Of a stretch of DNA of 64,000 nucleotides, positions 27,501 to 39,850 are shown in pieces. This DNA is from Squalus acanthias (taxonomy: Eukaryota). The notes beneath the pieces were generated by a model, which was not told the DNA's origin, searched no databases, and saw only the letters and a list, made by a program, of their open reading frames with translations. The stretch lies in NCBI GenBank assembly GCA_030390025.1, contig CM059432.1, positions 70,806,001 to 70,870,000 on the forward strand, read 5' to 3'. A program made the translations under genes and the position numbers. The stretch's first letter is position 1. Every line of letters begins with the position of its first letter.

Positions 27501-30500
27501 ACAGTGTGATGTACAGTAATTTAAAGAAATTAGAATGATACAAAATTGTAACAAAGCTTTTAAGAGATTGATTATTTTTGACTTAACTAATCTTTTAAAG
27601 CTCAATGTTGAATACAATTCATTAGACATTGTTTTTATTTTTTTCCAATTGCTGTGCAAGAAAAAAACTGGACAACATTGTAGTGTAGCCAGTAGACTTT
27701 TAGTAAACTATAATGGTTGCATGTGAAATTTTGATATCATGGTCACAAACTAGAAAATACTGAGTATTACAATGGTATTATAGATTTTGTTCTTTCAAAC
27801 TAGAGATGTATTTGGGGAGAGTACCTTCAGCTACATTACATTAGGATGAAACACTGTTGGTGGTAATGGTAGGAACAATTCATAGATATCAACAAGAAAA
27901 GTACTGGCACATTAAAGTAGATGAATTAACTGTGAATTTTCCTGTAATATACTGGTACTAATATGGCAAGTAAGAACATTATATTAGATCTGAATATCTG
28001 TACAGATAGAATGTTTGCTTAAATTGTTTATTAATGCTCAATTTGTTTTGTGCTTGTAGTATCTAAATTCCATTCAATAAAACATAATTGGTATTGTGTG
28101 TTGTTGAGTTACATTAGTGAACCTTCATAAACATTGTACACATTTGTGTCTAAAGAAACATTATTTATTTAAATCAGTGTATTATGAAAAAGAGAGATAT
28201 CAAAATTGTCAAAGAGCACCCTATAAAAATATGTATGGTATTAAATACTCTGAATACCTATTAAAACTGAGGAGTTAATGTAACATTTTTCAAGTTTTAT
28301 TTAGATTGAAAAGGGATCTGGATATTAAAATGAATTAATTTTACCTACTAAAGTTATCAGATTCATAACAGCCTTTTAAATAAAAATAACACATTTTGAT
28401 AAGTTCATTACTCCTTGTATTGCTTTCATTTTTTTTAAATTGTAAATCCTTATACCTAATCTTATGCACACAGCTAGTGTCTGAGCTACTCAGCTTGCAT
28501 TCTGACAAGAGAAAGGATCTGAAAGTAATAAAGGTATTTCTGCACCAATAGTAAAGGCATAATATAAATCAAAATAGTGGAAATACAATCCAATATAAAA
28601 TTTCTGAAACTAAAATAATTCCAACTAATCAATTGCGTTTATTAAACTATGTTATTATAAAGCAATACAATATGCACTCCAAAAATGTTTTCATTTAGAA
28701 TTTCACTTTAAAAAAGGTTTCTCTGACGAATGCTGCTATTCTGTTTGGGTAATATTCCATTTGATTCACAAAGACTTTCTAAAATGCATATAAGTCTTGT
28801 TTAGAAACGCAATTCATGTGGTGAAATATGGTACAGTGAGCATTCGGAAAAACAAAAAAAACACATACCAAGAAGACATTTCCAGCACAAAGTTTGGATC
28901 TAAATAACAAACATTTTTTTAAATATATTCTAAAATGTTTTACAAATTGTGGTCATGTTTTGTGACAGCATTTTAAATAAAACAGTTTAACACAAAATAA
29001 TAAGGAAGCATTTTCTTATTTAATTTTTCCAAGTTGCACTTCAAAACTTCTGAAAATGAAAACCTTATCCATGTATCTTTTAGGTAAAATTTTACTATAA
29101 TCTCTTAACTAAAAAACCCATCAGTAAGATGCTGTTCGAAAAACTTTTTCCATCAATTTTAAACCATGCCTGTCTAATCATCCCATTTTCATTAGTTTCT
29201 GTAATTTAAATGCAGATGATTTTCAACTTTTGCAAAAGTTGTTTTATATAAGTAACACTAGACATTTTAGAAAATACTTCAATCACTTGCACTTAGATGA
29301 CTCAGAAGAAACAATCTGTAACCCTCTAACTAACACCCGGGTATACAATCTGAAAAGATAATAGAAATATTTTTCCTGATTTTGCATTCTTATTCATCAA
29401 CATATGCCATCAGTTATAGGTTAACAATAGGTCAACATTGTGTTCCACAGTGATTGTTTTAAGTTTTGTGACTTTTCTTACACAACTAAATTCTGGGTCT
29501 TTTTGGAGAAACATTATCCTAGATTAATGTTAAATTATTATCCTTGTTAAAAAGTCACAATAGGAAAGTATAAAATTAAGAAAGAAGATGCAAGTTAAGT
29601 GAAGAATTATATAGAATGAAAAATCAAACGTTTAACTTTGAAACCTGCTTGCAACATTTTATCTTGAGTAACAAATTTCACACTTGGAAACAAAAAATCC
29701 TGGATATTTAAACAGGACTTTCTTAAGGTATTCTGGTGTGGCTGCTACAATTTCCAATACCTAAATTTTCTAACAAGTAATGTGTAAATTTTCAGCTTGT
29801 TTTAGATGCATGTTAACCCAGTGTTTAGAAAACTACACTATCATTCTTCAAAGTAACAAGTTTATTGTGAGTTTTGCACTTAAAATGTTATGCACTGTAA
29901 TCACCAAGTAAAATTATTTCAGGTGTGGAACATGTTCACATGAACATGTTTTAAACTCGGAGTGAATTTAATGAGTTAGACTTTATTGTACTTGTATACA
30001 GATAATTTCTAGATTATTAAATTACCTTCAAAGGCTCCCACCTAAATAAAAATAAACAAGGTAATCACTTTTATTTAGCCTTCCTTTCTCAGTCTCTTAA
30101 TTACACCACTTTTAAATACTGCAATCACACACCAATGCCTGCCAAAATAGTTTGAAACGAATGGGGGGGAAATTGAATTGACAATAAAGATATAGTTGAA
30201 TTTAAGAAATTTGACAAATATTGTTACTAGCAAATGCTAAAGTTTTGTACTATCAAAAGCTCAGTTAAAAAAATTAATTAATCCCAATCATACTCAAAAA
30301 TAATAAAACACCTTTTGATGACAAATATAAAAAGTTACTATTCCTGCCCTTGAGTCACTTCTTAAAGCTGCAATGTAATTTAGCTAACAATGTTTCAATG
30401 TCAGCATAACAGAGATAAATAAGAAATTATTTGTGTACCTGGGTGGATCTGTATTATGCTATTACAATAAAGTTTAAGAAATTCAAGTGACAATGTGTTT

Positions 30501-31614
30501 ATGTATATTTCCCCAATAGTTCACAAGGATATAAAACATTTTTTGTAATAAATGAAACCATACCTTAACATGACAAAATCTGTTTAATAAAACAGATTTT
30601 TTCATTTTAGTTTAAAAACCTTGAATAAAATAGATTTCTAAAATACATTTTCAGGGTTTGGGACTATAAGGTACTTCTAGATTCAATTCTAGTAAGTAAA
30701 CAAATTATAAAAACAAACATCATTTCAGTTTGTGTTCTTTTCAAAGAATCACTTTAAAAGTTGAACTTTGGTTTGAGTTCACAGTCGGTTTTAAACAATT
30801 GTTTTAACAGTTATTAGACATCAACAAATATAACAGAAAAAGTACAAGCCATAATTATTCAGATTCAATAAGAACTAGTAAGGAACATGATGCTAAACAC
30901 AAACAACTTTTATTCCTGAATGCCCTAAACTTTGTTCTTTCTTACCATTTTCCTCTATTTTTGAAAAATTAAACCACATTTTTTTTGTATTTTATAAACT
31001 GATTAAACTAAAATTAAATTCCCCTCCCAAAAATGACTTTTATAAATTTAATTAATATCTAAACAGCATTTCTCATGAAATTGGAAAACACTTCTCACAA
31101 AAGCCAGAATGAAGCAATTTCCTGTAAAGTGAGTTTAAGGATTTCTTTTTTGGAAGACTTGTATTTAATCTCATGAACCAACCTTTATCCCAAAGTTAAA
31201 GGTTTCTTAAATATCTAATGCATACAATCTAAAAAATTTCCAAGTTATATATAATTTCTGAGAACTAAAGTTTATCTTATTTCAGTAACATTGATATTTA
31301 CTGTATTTCAAAAGTTCTTATCTCATTAGAAACACTTACCAGATGGTTGAAAGTGCAGATTTTATTAAACATATAACTAAACTAAGCATAGTGTCAATAA
31401 TTTTAGTGTCATTAAGTATTCATTGTTAAACTGATATGTAAGAATATTGAATGATAGACCTGTCACAGTCCAACAACAGACTTTAGAAAACTAAAATTGT
31501 TTAACAACAGTAAGCATTGTGCCATTTAAGATAAACAGAAGAGCAATTTTTACTACTATATAAATACAAAAATGTATGCTCAAATGTTTCCTATGCATCT
31601 CAGATACAAAAATA

Positions 31615-32425
31615 ATTACATAGAATTTACAGCACAGAAACAAACCATTCGGCCCAACAAGTCTACGCTGGTGTTTACGCTCCACAAGAGCCTCCTGCCA
31701 CGTTATTTCATCTCATCTTATCAACATATCCTTCTATTCCTTTCTCTAGTGTACTTATATAGCTTCCCCTTAAATGCATCTATGCTAGTCGCCTCAACCA
31801 CTCCATGTGGTAGCGAGTTCCAGATTCTCACCACTCTCTGAGTAAAGAAGTTTCTCCTGAATTCCTTATTGGATTTATTAGCAACCATCTCTTATGGCCC
31901 CTAGTTCTGGACTCCCCACAAGTGGAAATAGCTTCTCTACATCTACCCTATCAAGCCCCTTCATAATTTTAAAGACCTCCATCATGGTCACCTGTCAGTC
32001 TTCTTTTTTCTAGAGCCCCAGCCTGTTTAGTCTTTCCTGATAGCTGTAGCCTCTCAGTTTGGATATCATCCCAGTAAATCTTTTTTGCACTGTCTCCAGT
32101 GTGTCTATATCCTTTTTGTAATATGGAGACCAGAAACGTTCACAGTACTCCAAGTATGGTATAACCAAGGTTCTATAGAAGTTTAACACAACTTCACTGT
32201 TTTTGAATTCTATTCCTCTAGAAATGAACCCCAGTGTTTTATGGTTTTGTTAACCGGTGTTGCTACTTTTAATGATTTGTGAATCTATACCCCTAGATCC
32301 CATTTAGACTTTTATTTTCCAAGAAGAAGGTAGCCTCCTTATTCTTCCTACCAAAATGTACCACCTCACACTTATCTATATTGAAATTCATTTGTCATTT
32401 ACATGCCCATTCTGCAAGTTTGTTT
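31615..32425 (-). mobile_element. CR1 3' fragment (same subfamily as 23.5 kb)
   Basis: Colinear with 23491-24330, e.g. the shared GCCTCCTTATTCTTCCTACCAAAATG. Confidence 0.88.
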
Positions 32426-34229
32426 ACGGTAGAATTAATTAAAAGTTTTTAGTTCGTCATGTACAAACCCTTCTTTTTAAAAAAAGTTACTTGTCAGAAA
32501 TGACTGGGATATAAAAGAACTGCATAATAATGCGTTAACACTTCAGAAACGACACACGATTATGCATTGACAAACAATCCAAAAGCCCAAGGTGAGCTGA
32601 AAGAGGCATATCTATTTGTGCAATTAGTATTCATTTTAGTTTTCAACGTACAAGCCCATCTCTCATGTCACTATACCAATGGCTGCACAAGCAGCAGGAG
32701 CAGCAGCTTTCCTATGGCACTGACGTGCTGTACGTCCAACATAAGCAATTAGAATATTAATCACAATGCAATCAGACAACCAACAAATCTAAAATGCTGT
32801 AGTTCCTTAGTTCGCAGTATTAAAAAGAAATGAACAAAAACGGGTATCCGTATTTTCAACTTCAATCACTTCCATTAATAAACGTTGACTTCTTGTACCA
32901 GCACACTCCCCACATAACATGTCAGAAATGCAATACTTATTCACAAGTGCAGAAAACACACATACACAATTTGCGTCAGTGAAATAAAAACAAAAAGCAT
33001 GAAAAGCCATGATTTAACAGAAATAAACATTAGTCTTTCTTCCTGGACAAGAGAACCAATCAGACTGACTTGGGAATGTTTATCAATATGTTGAGGTAAA
33101 GATGTTAATTTATGAATTTCACTTCTAATGTTTTTCTCTCAAACACTCTCCACAATATGAATCCCTGCTCTTATCACTAAAAAAGTGTCAAATTATTTTA
33201 GGTACTTCGCAATTAAATAGCAGAAAACAAACTTCATTGTACTCTCAAATTTAATCTCTTATTTCAAACATTTATATCAAATCAAAATTGTACATGATCA
33301 GTTTAATCAAAGTATTTTCTGTTTCTTCTAAAATAACTTCCTGCAATTTTTATACATTACATAACTTATTTCTATTAACACTCCACTAAACGTTTAAGAG
33401 GAAATCTATATTTACATTATTCCTAGGACTATAGAACGACAGACAAAATAAAATGATGTGTTTTTCCCCCTTTTTTGGTTCTCTTCCTAAACGTCTTAAT
33501 GATATATTTTTAAAAAGTCAATAAAAAGTAATATGCAACTCCTACAAATCCTCCCCTACCCTCCCCCTCCTCAACACCATGGTTGCATGTTTGTGTAAAG
33601 CTTCACTCGATCGTTCAAAATCAAATATTGAGAAATTTCAATTTTAAAACGTTTTAAGCATTTCAGAGTTTCTTTAAAAGCATTTGGATTTCAAGACCTG
33701 GTTGAAATTTGTTTAGATGAGGGGGAAATTGATTTTTGCTTCTGTTTCTTCCAAAATCATATTTGAAACAAAAACAAACTTAGGGGAAAAAAGTGTTTTT
33801 AACACTCATTTTTTGTAAAAAAGTTCATTAAAAATCTTTAAATTCTTTCAAGTCTCGTTGCAGCTTTGACAGAAGAAGTTGCTCCAAGTTTCTTTTTCCC
33901 TCTTCAACGCTGTCGTTAAACATGCAACAAAAAAAATAATAAAATAAACTCTAATTCCAAACGGAGCTCAAATAAGAAAGTGAATAAAGTGGTTAAACTC
34001 CAAATCCTAAGAAGGTGGTGAGGTTATCTATCCCCAGCCTTGGTGATGAGTTGGGATCAGTTTTGGAGAAGTTGTTTCCTCTTTTTCTGCTGCCGTTCCC
34101 TCCGTCTCTCACAGACTCTGAGGTACAAACGGGGGCACAAACTTTTTCCCCTCACAACATGATTTAAATAACCCTGATAAACTATTTCAAAAAGGGGACA
34201 ACACCTGGCAAAATTTAACTGGAACTTAC

Positions 34230-34385
34230 CGTGGGACACTCAACATCACTTTCCAGTATTTTTTTCAGGCTTTAAACAATTTTCCGAATTTTTAAAATTT
34301 TTTTTCTCATATTTTTGTTTCACGGCGGGCCTAAAAATTGTTTGCTTTAGCCTCCTTCCAGCGGCCATTGTATACGCGCTGCGCC
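34230..34385 (-). other. PLAG1: Non-coding first exon of PLAG1 (5'UTR, TSS approximate)
   Basis: Minus strand reads GCAGCGCGTATACAATGGCCGCTGGAAGGAGG...AGGCCCGCCG...AAATATGAGAAAAAAA...GATGTTGAGTGTCCCACG|GTAAGT with a consensus donor. It lies head-to-head with CHCHD7, the known arrangement of PLAG1 in mammals, and resembles human PLAG1 exon 1 as I recall it (not aligned). No PLAG1 coding exon is in the window. Confidence 0.8.
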
Positions 34386-34620
34386 TCCACCGAGCTTAAT
34401 GGCGGACATCCCGCCTCCTCCGTCCCGCTGCTATTGGGCCAGAGAGGTGAAGGGCGGGGCTTGTCCTGAGAGTGCGCAGCGGCTCTGGCTCTTCATTGGT
34501 TGATTCCTGCTGTCTGTCAATGTCAATCGCGGGTTCCCGCCAGCAGGTTAGGTTCCGCTCATATTAGAGCGCGCGGCTGGCGGTGACGTCGCTCGTTGAT
34601 GTGTCCTGATGTCGGAGGTA
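34360..34620. promoter_or_regulatory. CpG-rich TATA-less bidirectional promoter (PLAG1/CHCHD7)
   Basis: Local CpG island in AT-rich DNA. YY1-like AATGGCGG at 34398 and GCGGCCAT at 34361; inverted CCAAT (ATTGG) at 34433 and 34495; GC box GGGCGGGGC at 34452; TGCGCA at 34473; E2F-like TTCCCGC at 34534; CRE-like TGACGTC at 34584. Outward-facing splice donors on both sides. Confidence 0.8.
34570..34617 (+). other. CHCHD7: Probable non-coding first exon of CHCHD7 (TSS approximate)
   Basis: CpG-rich segment ending in a strong donor GAG|GTAAGG (GT at 34618-19), upstream of the coding exons. Weaker alternative donor CAG|GTTAGG near 34547. Confidence 0.6.
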
Positions 34621-34800
34621 AGGAGAGAGAGAAAGAGGCGAGAAAGGGGCAGGGGGGGGAGAGAGAGAGAGAGAGAGAGAGAGCACCAGGACCAGGACCA
34701 GGGAGAGGGCAGCGGCAATCGGACAGAGCGGGGAGAGAGAGGAGAGCGGCACTAGCAGAGCGGCGGCAATCGGAGAGGGCGACGGCAATAGGGAGAGAGC

Positions 34801-35237
34801 AACGGCAATAGGAGAGAGTGGAGAGGACAGCGGCAATAGGAGAGAGTGGAGAGGACAACGGCAATAGGAGAGAGTGGAGAGGACAACGGCAATAGGAGAG
34901 AGTGGAGAGGACAGCGGCAATAGGAGAGAGTGGAGAGGACAACGGCAATAGGAGAGAGTGGAGAGGACAGCGGCAATAGGAGAGAGTGGAGAGGACAGCG
35001 GCAATAGGAGAGAGTGGAGAGGACAGTGGCAATAGGAGAGAGTGGAGAGGACAGCGGCAATAGGAGAGAGTGGAGAGGACAGCGGCAATAGGAGAGAGTG
35101 GAGAGGACAGTGGCAATAGGAGAGAGTGGAGAGGACAACGGCAATAGGAGAGAGTGGAGAGGACAGTGGCAATAGGAGAGAGTGGAGAGGACAACGGCAA
35201 TAGGAGAGAGTGGAGAGGACAGTGGCAATAGGAGAGA
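34801..35237 (+). repeat. 28-bp minisatellite, ~15.5 copies (GGCAATAGGAGAGAGTGGAGAGGACA[GC/AC/GT])
   Basis: Units start at 34804, 34832, 34860...35224. Degenerate copies extend over ~34700-35400. Confidence 0.95.
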
Positions 35238-37180
35238 GGGCAGCGGCAATAGGAGAGAGTAGAGAGGACTGGCAATAGGGAGAGAGCAGGGAGGGCAGCG
35301 GCAATAAGCAGAGGCAGCGATAATAGGGAGAGAGCGGGGAGGGCAGCGAAAATAGGGGGAGGGCAGAAGCAATAGCGGGAGGACAGGTGGAAGGCTAGAT
35401 GTAGAAGGCAGGAGGTAGAGGAGAGGCAGAGGCCAATAGGAGGAGGGCGAGGGCAATAAATAGGAGGATGGGTGAAGGTAGAGGTGAGGTAGAGGGCAAG
35501 AGGAGGGCAGTAGGTAGAAGCGAGGGAGAGCGCAAGAGGAAGTGGAGGAGGAGGGCAGGATGGAGTGGGGGGAGAGGAGAGGTAGAGGCCAAGAGAAACT
35601 GGAGGTAGAGGGCATTAGGAGGAGGGCAGGAGGCAGTGGAGGTAGAGGGCAAAAGGATATGGGAGGTAGAGGGGAGGCATGGGCAATAGGAGGAGGGCAG
35701 GAGGGTGTGGGTTTAAGTAGAGAAGAGGTGAAGGGTGAGGAGGTGGGAGTTAGATGAGAGCAGGAGGAGGTAGAAGAGAGGTAGCGGGCAATAGGAGGCG
35801 GGTGTGAGGTGGAGGTAGAGGAGAGGCGGAGGATGAGGAGGTTGGCAGGAGACAGAGGAGATGCGGAGGGTGAGGAGGTGGGCAGGAGGGTGGAGGTGGA
35901 GGTAAAGGAGAGGTGGAGGCTGAAGGTGGAAAGTAGATGAGGGAAGGAGGAGGTAGAAGAGAGGCAGCAGGCAATAGGAAGAGGGCAGAAGGGAGTGGGG
36001 TGAAGGTAGAGGAGAGGTGAAGGGCAAGGAGGTGGGAGGTAGATGTGGGCAGGAGGAGGTAGAGGAGAGGCAGGGCAAGGAAGAAAAAGAAAGACTTGCA
36101 TTTATATAGCGCCTTTCATGACCACCGGACGTCCCAAAGTGCTTTACAGCCAATTAAGTACATTTTGAAGTGTAGTCACTGTAATGTAGGAAATGCGGCA
36201 GCCAATTTGCACACAGCAAGCTCCCACAAACAGCAATGTGATAATGACCAGATAATCGGTTTAATGTCTCATCTGAATGACGGCACCTCCAACAGTGCAG
36301 CACTCCTTCAGTACCTCAAGCCTCTGGAGTGGGACTTAAAATCGCAACCTACTGATTGAGGCGAGAGTACTACCAACTGAGCCATGGCTGAGGAAGAAAG
36401 AAGGAGGAGTGCTGAAGGGGAGGAGGGAGTAGAGTAGAGAAGAGCAGGGCAGAAGGAGGGAGGGTGAGAAGGAAGGAGGTATGGGGTATATGGAAACTAG
36501 GCATAAGGAAGAAAGGGCTATTGGGGGAGGGAAGAAGAACAGATGAGATCAGAGGAGGGAGGATGGAGAAAGGAGAGGGGGAGCTGAGGGGTGGAGATGG
36601 AAGCAGGGAGGGAAATGGAGTTAAGAGGCGAGGGCTGGATGAATGGTTTGGGGTATCCCTCTCTCTTTTGCTAACTTTCACTATACCCCATACCTCTCGC
36701 TTCCCTCTCCTCCTGTTAGCATAATGGAGAGGGTTATTGGAGGAGGAGGAGGAGGAGGAAGAAGGGATATATAGGAGAGCGAGCATGGGAACAGGGGAGA
36801 GAGGGGTAGGGAAAATTGGTGGGAGAGAAGATGAGAGACAGGATATGGGAAGAGAGGGCATGAAGGTAATGGGGGCAGGGAGAGGGAATAAGGGAGCGAG
36901 AAAGGAAATGCGTATCGAGAGGAGAGGTGATGAGGAATAGGGAAAATTAGAGCAAATAGGGATGCTGGGGAATTATTAGGGCAAACAGATATGGGAGAAA
37001 TGGAGACAGAATAAGGGGGAATGGGAGGGAGATTGAGTAGGAGAAAAAGAGGGAATAGGATAGAGGGACAGAAGGCAAGACTAGACCAATAAGGGAATGG
37101 GAGAGAAGGTAAACCAGAGACCGGGCATCAGGAGAGAAGGGAAGGTTCAATGGATACTGGGAGAGGTAGAGACAGACGGA
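35238..37180 (+). repeat. Purine-rich (GA) low-complexity tract interrupted by a SINE
   Basis: Plus strand is almost all G/A; this produces the spurious Pro/Ser/Leu-rich minus-strand ORFs. Confidence 0.85.
36089..36390 (-). mobile_element. tRNA-derived DeuSINE/SacSINE1-like SINE, internally deleted
   Basis: Minus strand has the head TCAGCCATGGCTCAGTTGGTAG (A-box-like) and the L2-type tail GGCGCTATATAAATGCAAGTCTTT. Confidence 0.85.
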
Positions 37181-38829
37181 TTTCCTCCAACTAAATATTG
37201 GGAAGACCGAAGCCATTGGGCTGGATTTTGCCAGCTGAGACGAGTTGGGGGCGGGACTGCTGCCTTCCGGGTTCTAGTCCCGCCCCCAGCGACGTATGAC
37301 GAACCCACGCTATTTTCCCTTGATTGGCCGGCTTACCAGCCAATTAAGGGAAAGCCGGTGACAGATGATGTCAGCGGATGACGCTTCATCTGTCGCAAAT
37401 TTTTTGACACATAAATTGTCAGCGTTTGACAGCTTTGAGAAGCTGTCAAACACTGACAATCTCTGTTCTAAGGTGAGCCCTTGCACAAAGGCTCACCAGA
37501 ACCCCTCTCCTCAGCAGAAAGCAGATGGCTGCTGAATCTGAGAATGCAGCAGCCATTCTGTCATCTCTGCCGTCGAGATTGAAGTCTGCAGAAAGAAGCA
37601 AAGGTAAGGAAACTTTTTTAAAAACTTTACACTCAACTCTCATACTTACCTGTCCACACTTGCACCCATCACTCACCTCTACATCTGACATGTCGACCCC
37701 TCTCACCCCAGCAGACCCACTGCTCACCTTGCTGACCCTGGCGAGGTTCACAGCCGTCGGGAAGCCCACAATTGCAGGCGTAAAATGGGGAAAAGCCTCA
37801 AAACTGCCTGTTAACAGACAGTTAATTGGCTCTAATCCCCTTCCCGCCTCGAGGAGACGGGTCCCTGCGCGACTCGGGGACCCGCCTCCCGGGAAGATGG
37901 CACAGAGGCGGGATGGGAGCGGGGTTGGTACCCGCTCCCAGTTTCTACCATTTTCCCGGCAGTCCCGCCTCCAAACCCACCTCCTCGGGGCTGGGAAAAT
38001 TCCCCCCATTGTCTTCGGTCCCCGCCACAAACTCCATTCTCTAGCCACGGACTCCATCCCTCTCCCTAGCATCAGTCTAAGGCTGAACCAGACTGTTCGC
38101 AACCTTGGTGTCATATTTGACCCCGAGATGAGCTTCCGACCACATATCCGTGCTATCACTAAGACCACCTATTTCCATCTCCATAACATTGCCCGACTCT
38201 GTCCCTGCCTCAGCTCATCTGCTGCTGAAACCCTCATCCATGCCTTTGTTACCTCTCGACTTGACTATTCCAACGCACTCCTGGCCGGCCTCCCATGTTC
38301 TACCCTGCGTAAACTTGAGATCATCCAAAACTCTGCGGCTTGTGTCCTAACTCGCACCAAGTCCCGTTCACCCATCACCCCTGTGCTCGTTGATCTACAT
38401 TGGCTCCTGGTTAAGCAACGCCGCGATTTTAAAATTCTCAGCATTGTTTTGAAATCCCTCCATGGCCTTGCCCCTCCCTATCTCAGTAATCTCCAGCCCT
38501 ACAACCCTCCGAGATATCTGCGCTCCTCCAATTCTGGACTTTTGAGCATCTCCGATTTTAATCGCTCCACCATTGGTGGCCGTGGCTTCAGGTGCCAAAG
38601 GCCTAAGCTCTGTAATTCCCTCCCTAAACCTCTCCGTCTCTCTACCTCTCTCTGCTCCTTTAAGACGCTCCTTAAAACCTATTTCTTTGACCAAGCTTTT
38701 GGTCATCTGCCCCAATATCTCCTTATGTAGCTAGGTGTCAAATTTTGTTTGACGCTCCTGTAAAGCGCTTTGGGATGTTTTACTATGTTGAAGGCACTAT
38801 ATAAATGCAAGTTGTTGTTGTTGTTGTTG
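37180..38829 (+). mobile_element. L2 LINE 3' fragment interrupted by a MITE
   Basis: LQLNIGKTEAI|VFGP rejoins across the insertion; VRNLGVIFD, SRLDYSNALL, LHWL; (GTT)n tail. Confidence 0.92.
37218..38007. mobile_element. Non-autonomous Harbinger element (MITE)
   Basis: Imperfect TIR GGGCTGGATTTT / AAAATTCCCCCC; TSD ATT at 37215-17 and 38008-10; splits the L2 reading frame. Confidence 0.88.
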
Positions 38830-39429
38830 AAATCTATACCAGGGTTTCTTACTGCAGCAGGATCACCATTGGATAAAAAAATCCTGGGAAGGGGGTCTCG
38901 GGAACACCCTTTTTGTCCTCTAATCTAACTTTATGGTCCTCTCTGTGGACCAAATAATGAAAGGAAGCTGGGAGAACATTCAGTTGACATTGTACTTTGT
39001 GGGTTCTGATTTATTTTTCATTTCTATTTTTTTACTTTTTAATGTTGATCTTGGAAAGTAGTATTGAGTGAACTTGTAAGGATGCAAGGTTAGCCACGTA
39101 GTCTGAAGTTGATTCTGGTTGATTTACTTTTGGGGGATGGAAAAGGCATTGCAGAACCTTTCTTCAGGGGATTCAATGAATTGAGTGGTCTGATAGAGTA
39201 GATTGTGCATGGTTGTGGCAGGAACAATAACTTTTCCTGGTTCTATGCATGCACATGTTATTAATATAGTTCATGTTGCACACTAGTGTGAACTTCCTAG
39301 GATGTTAATAAAATGGCAATAGCTGATTTTGGACACATACAATATGACGTAAAGTCAGCAAAACACTTTTTTAATGTGATACTGTCATTGTCGTGGTGAA
39401 CCAACTTAATGAGGAATTCAGCCTCTGGT

Positions 39430-39850
39430 GACCCGCATTAAGTCCAGCTCACCCATCTTTTCTGTCCTTGCTGACCTATATTGGTTTCCAATGTCTCCAA
39501 TTTAAAATCCTCATCTACATATTTAAATCCCATCATGGCCTTGCTCGCCCCTATCTCTGTAACCTCCTCACATACATCTACATCTTGCATCCCTCCTCTC
39601 TCTTCCTCTAACTAACCTCTTGTGCATACTCCCTCCTCTCTTTGTATCCTCCATTGACAGCTGTGCCTTCAGCTGCCTAGGTCCCATGCTGTGGAATTCC
39701 TTCCCTAAACCTCTGCTGCTCCACCTCCCTCTCTTCCTTAAGACTCACCATAAAACCCATGTCTTTGCCCATCTCTCCAGCTCAGGCCTCTGAAGTGCCT
39801 TGGGAAGTTTTACTGCATTAATGGTTTTATATAAATGTAAGTAGTTGTTG
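39430..39850 (+). mobile_element. Old L2 3' fragment
   Basis: Similar to 38370-38820; ends TATATAAATGTAAGTAGTTG. Confidence 0.7.

Noticed and set aside
21930..31345. Isolated minus-strand donor-like sites (~21935, ~31339) as additional PLAG1 exons
   Set aside because: No clear matching acceptor or reading frame.
34559..36153. Long minus-strand ORFs (238, 246, 449 aa) with Cys/Leu/Pro/Ser repeats
   Set aside because: Translations of the 28-bp minisatellite and pyrimidine-rich strand, open in several frames with no domain signal.
37525..38730. 401-aa ORF resembling a novel gene
   Set aside because: Chance in-frame fusion of MITE sequence to the L2 ORF2 C-terminus; the junction coincides with the TIR/TSD at 38007-10.
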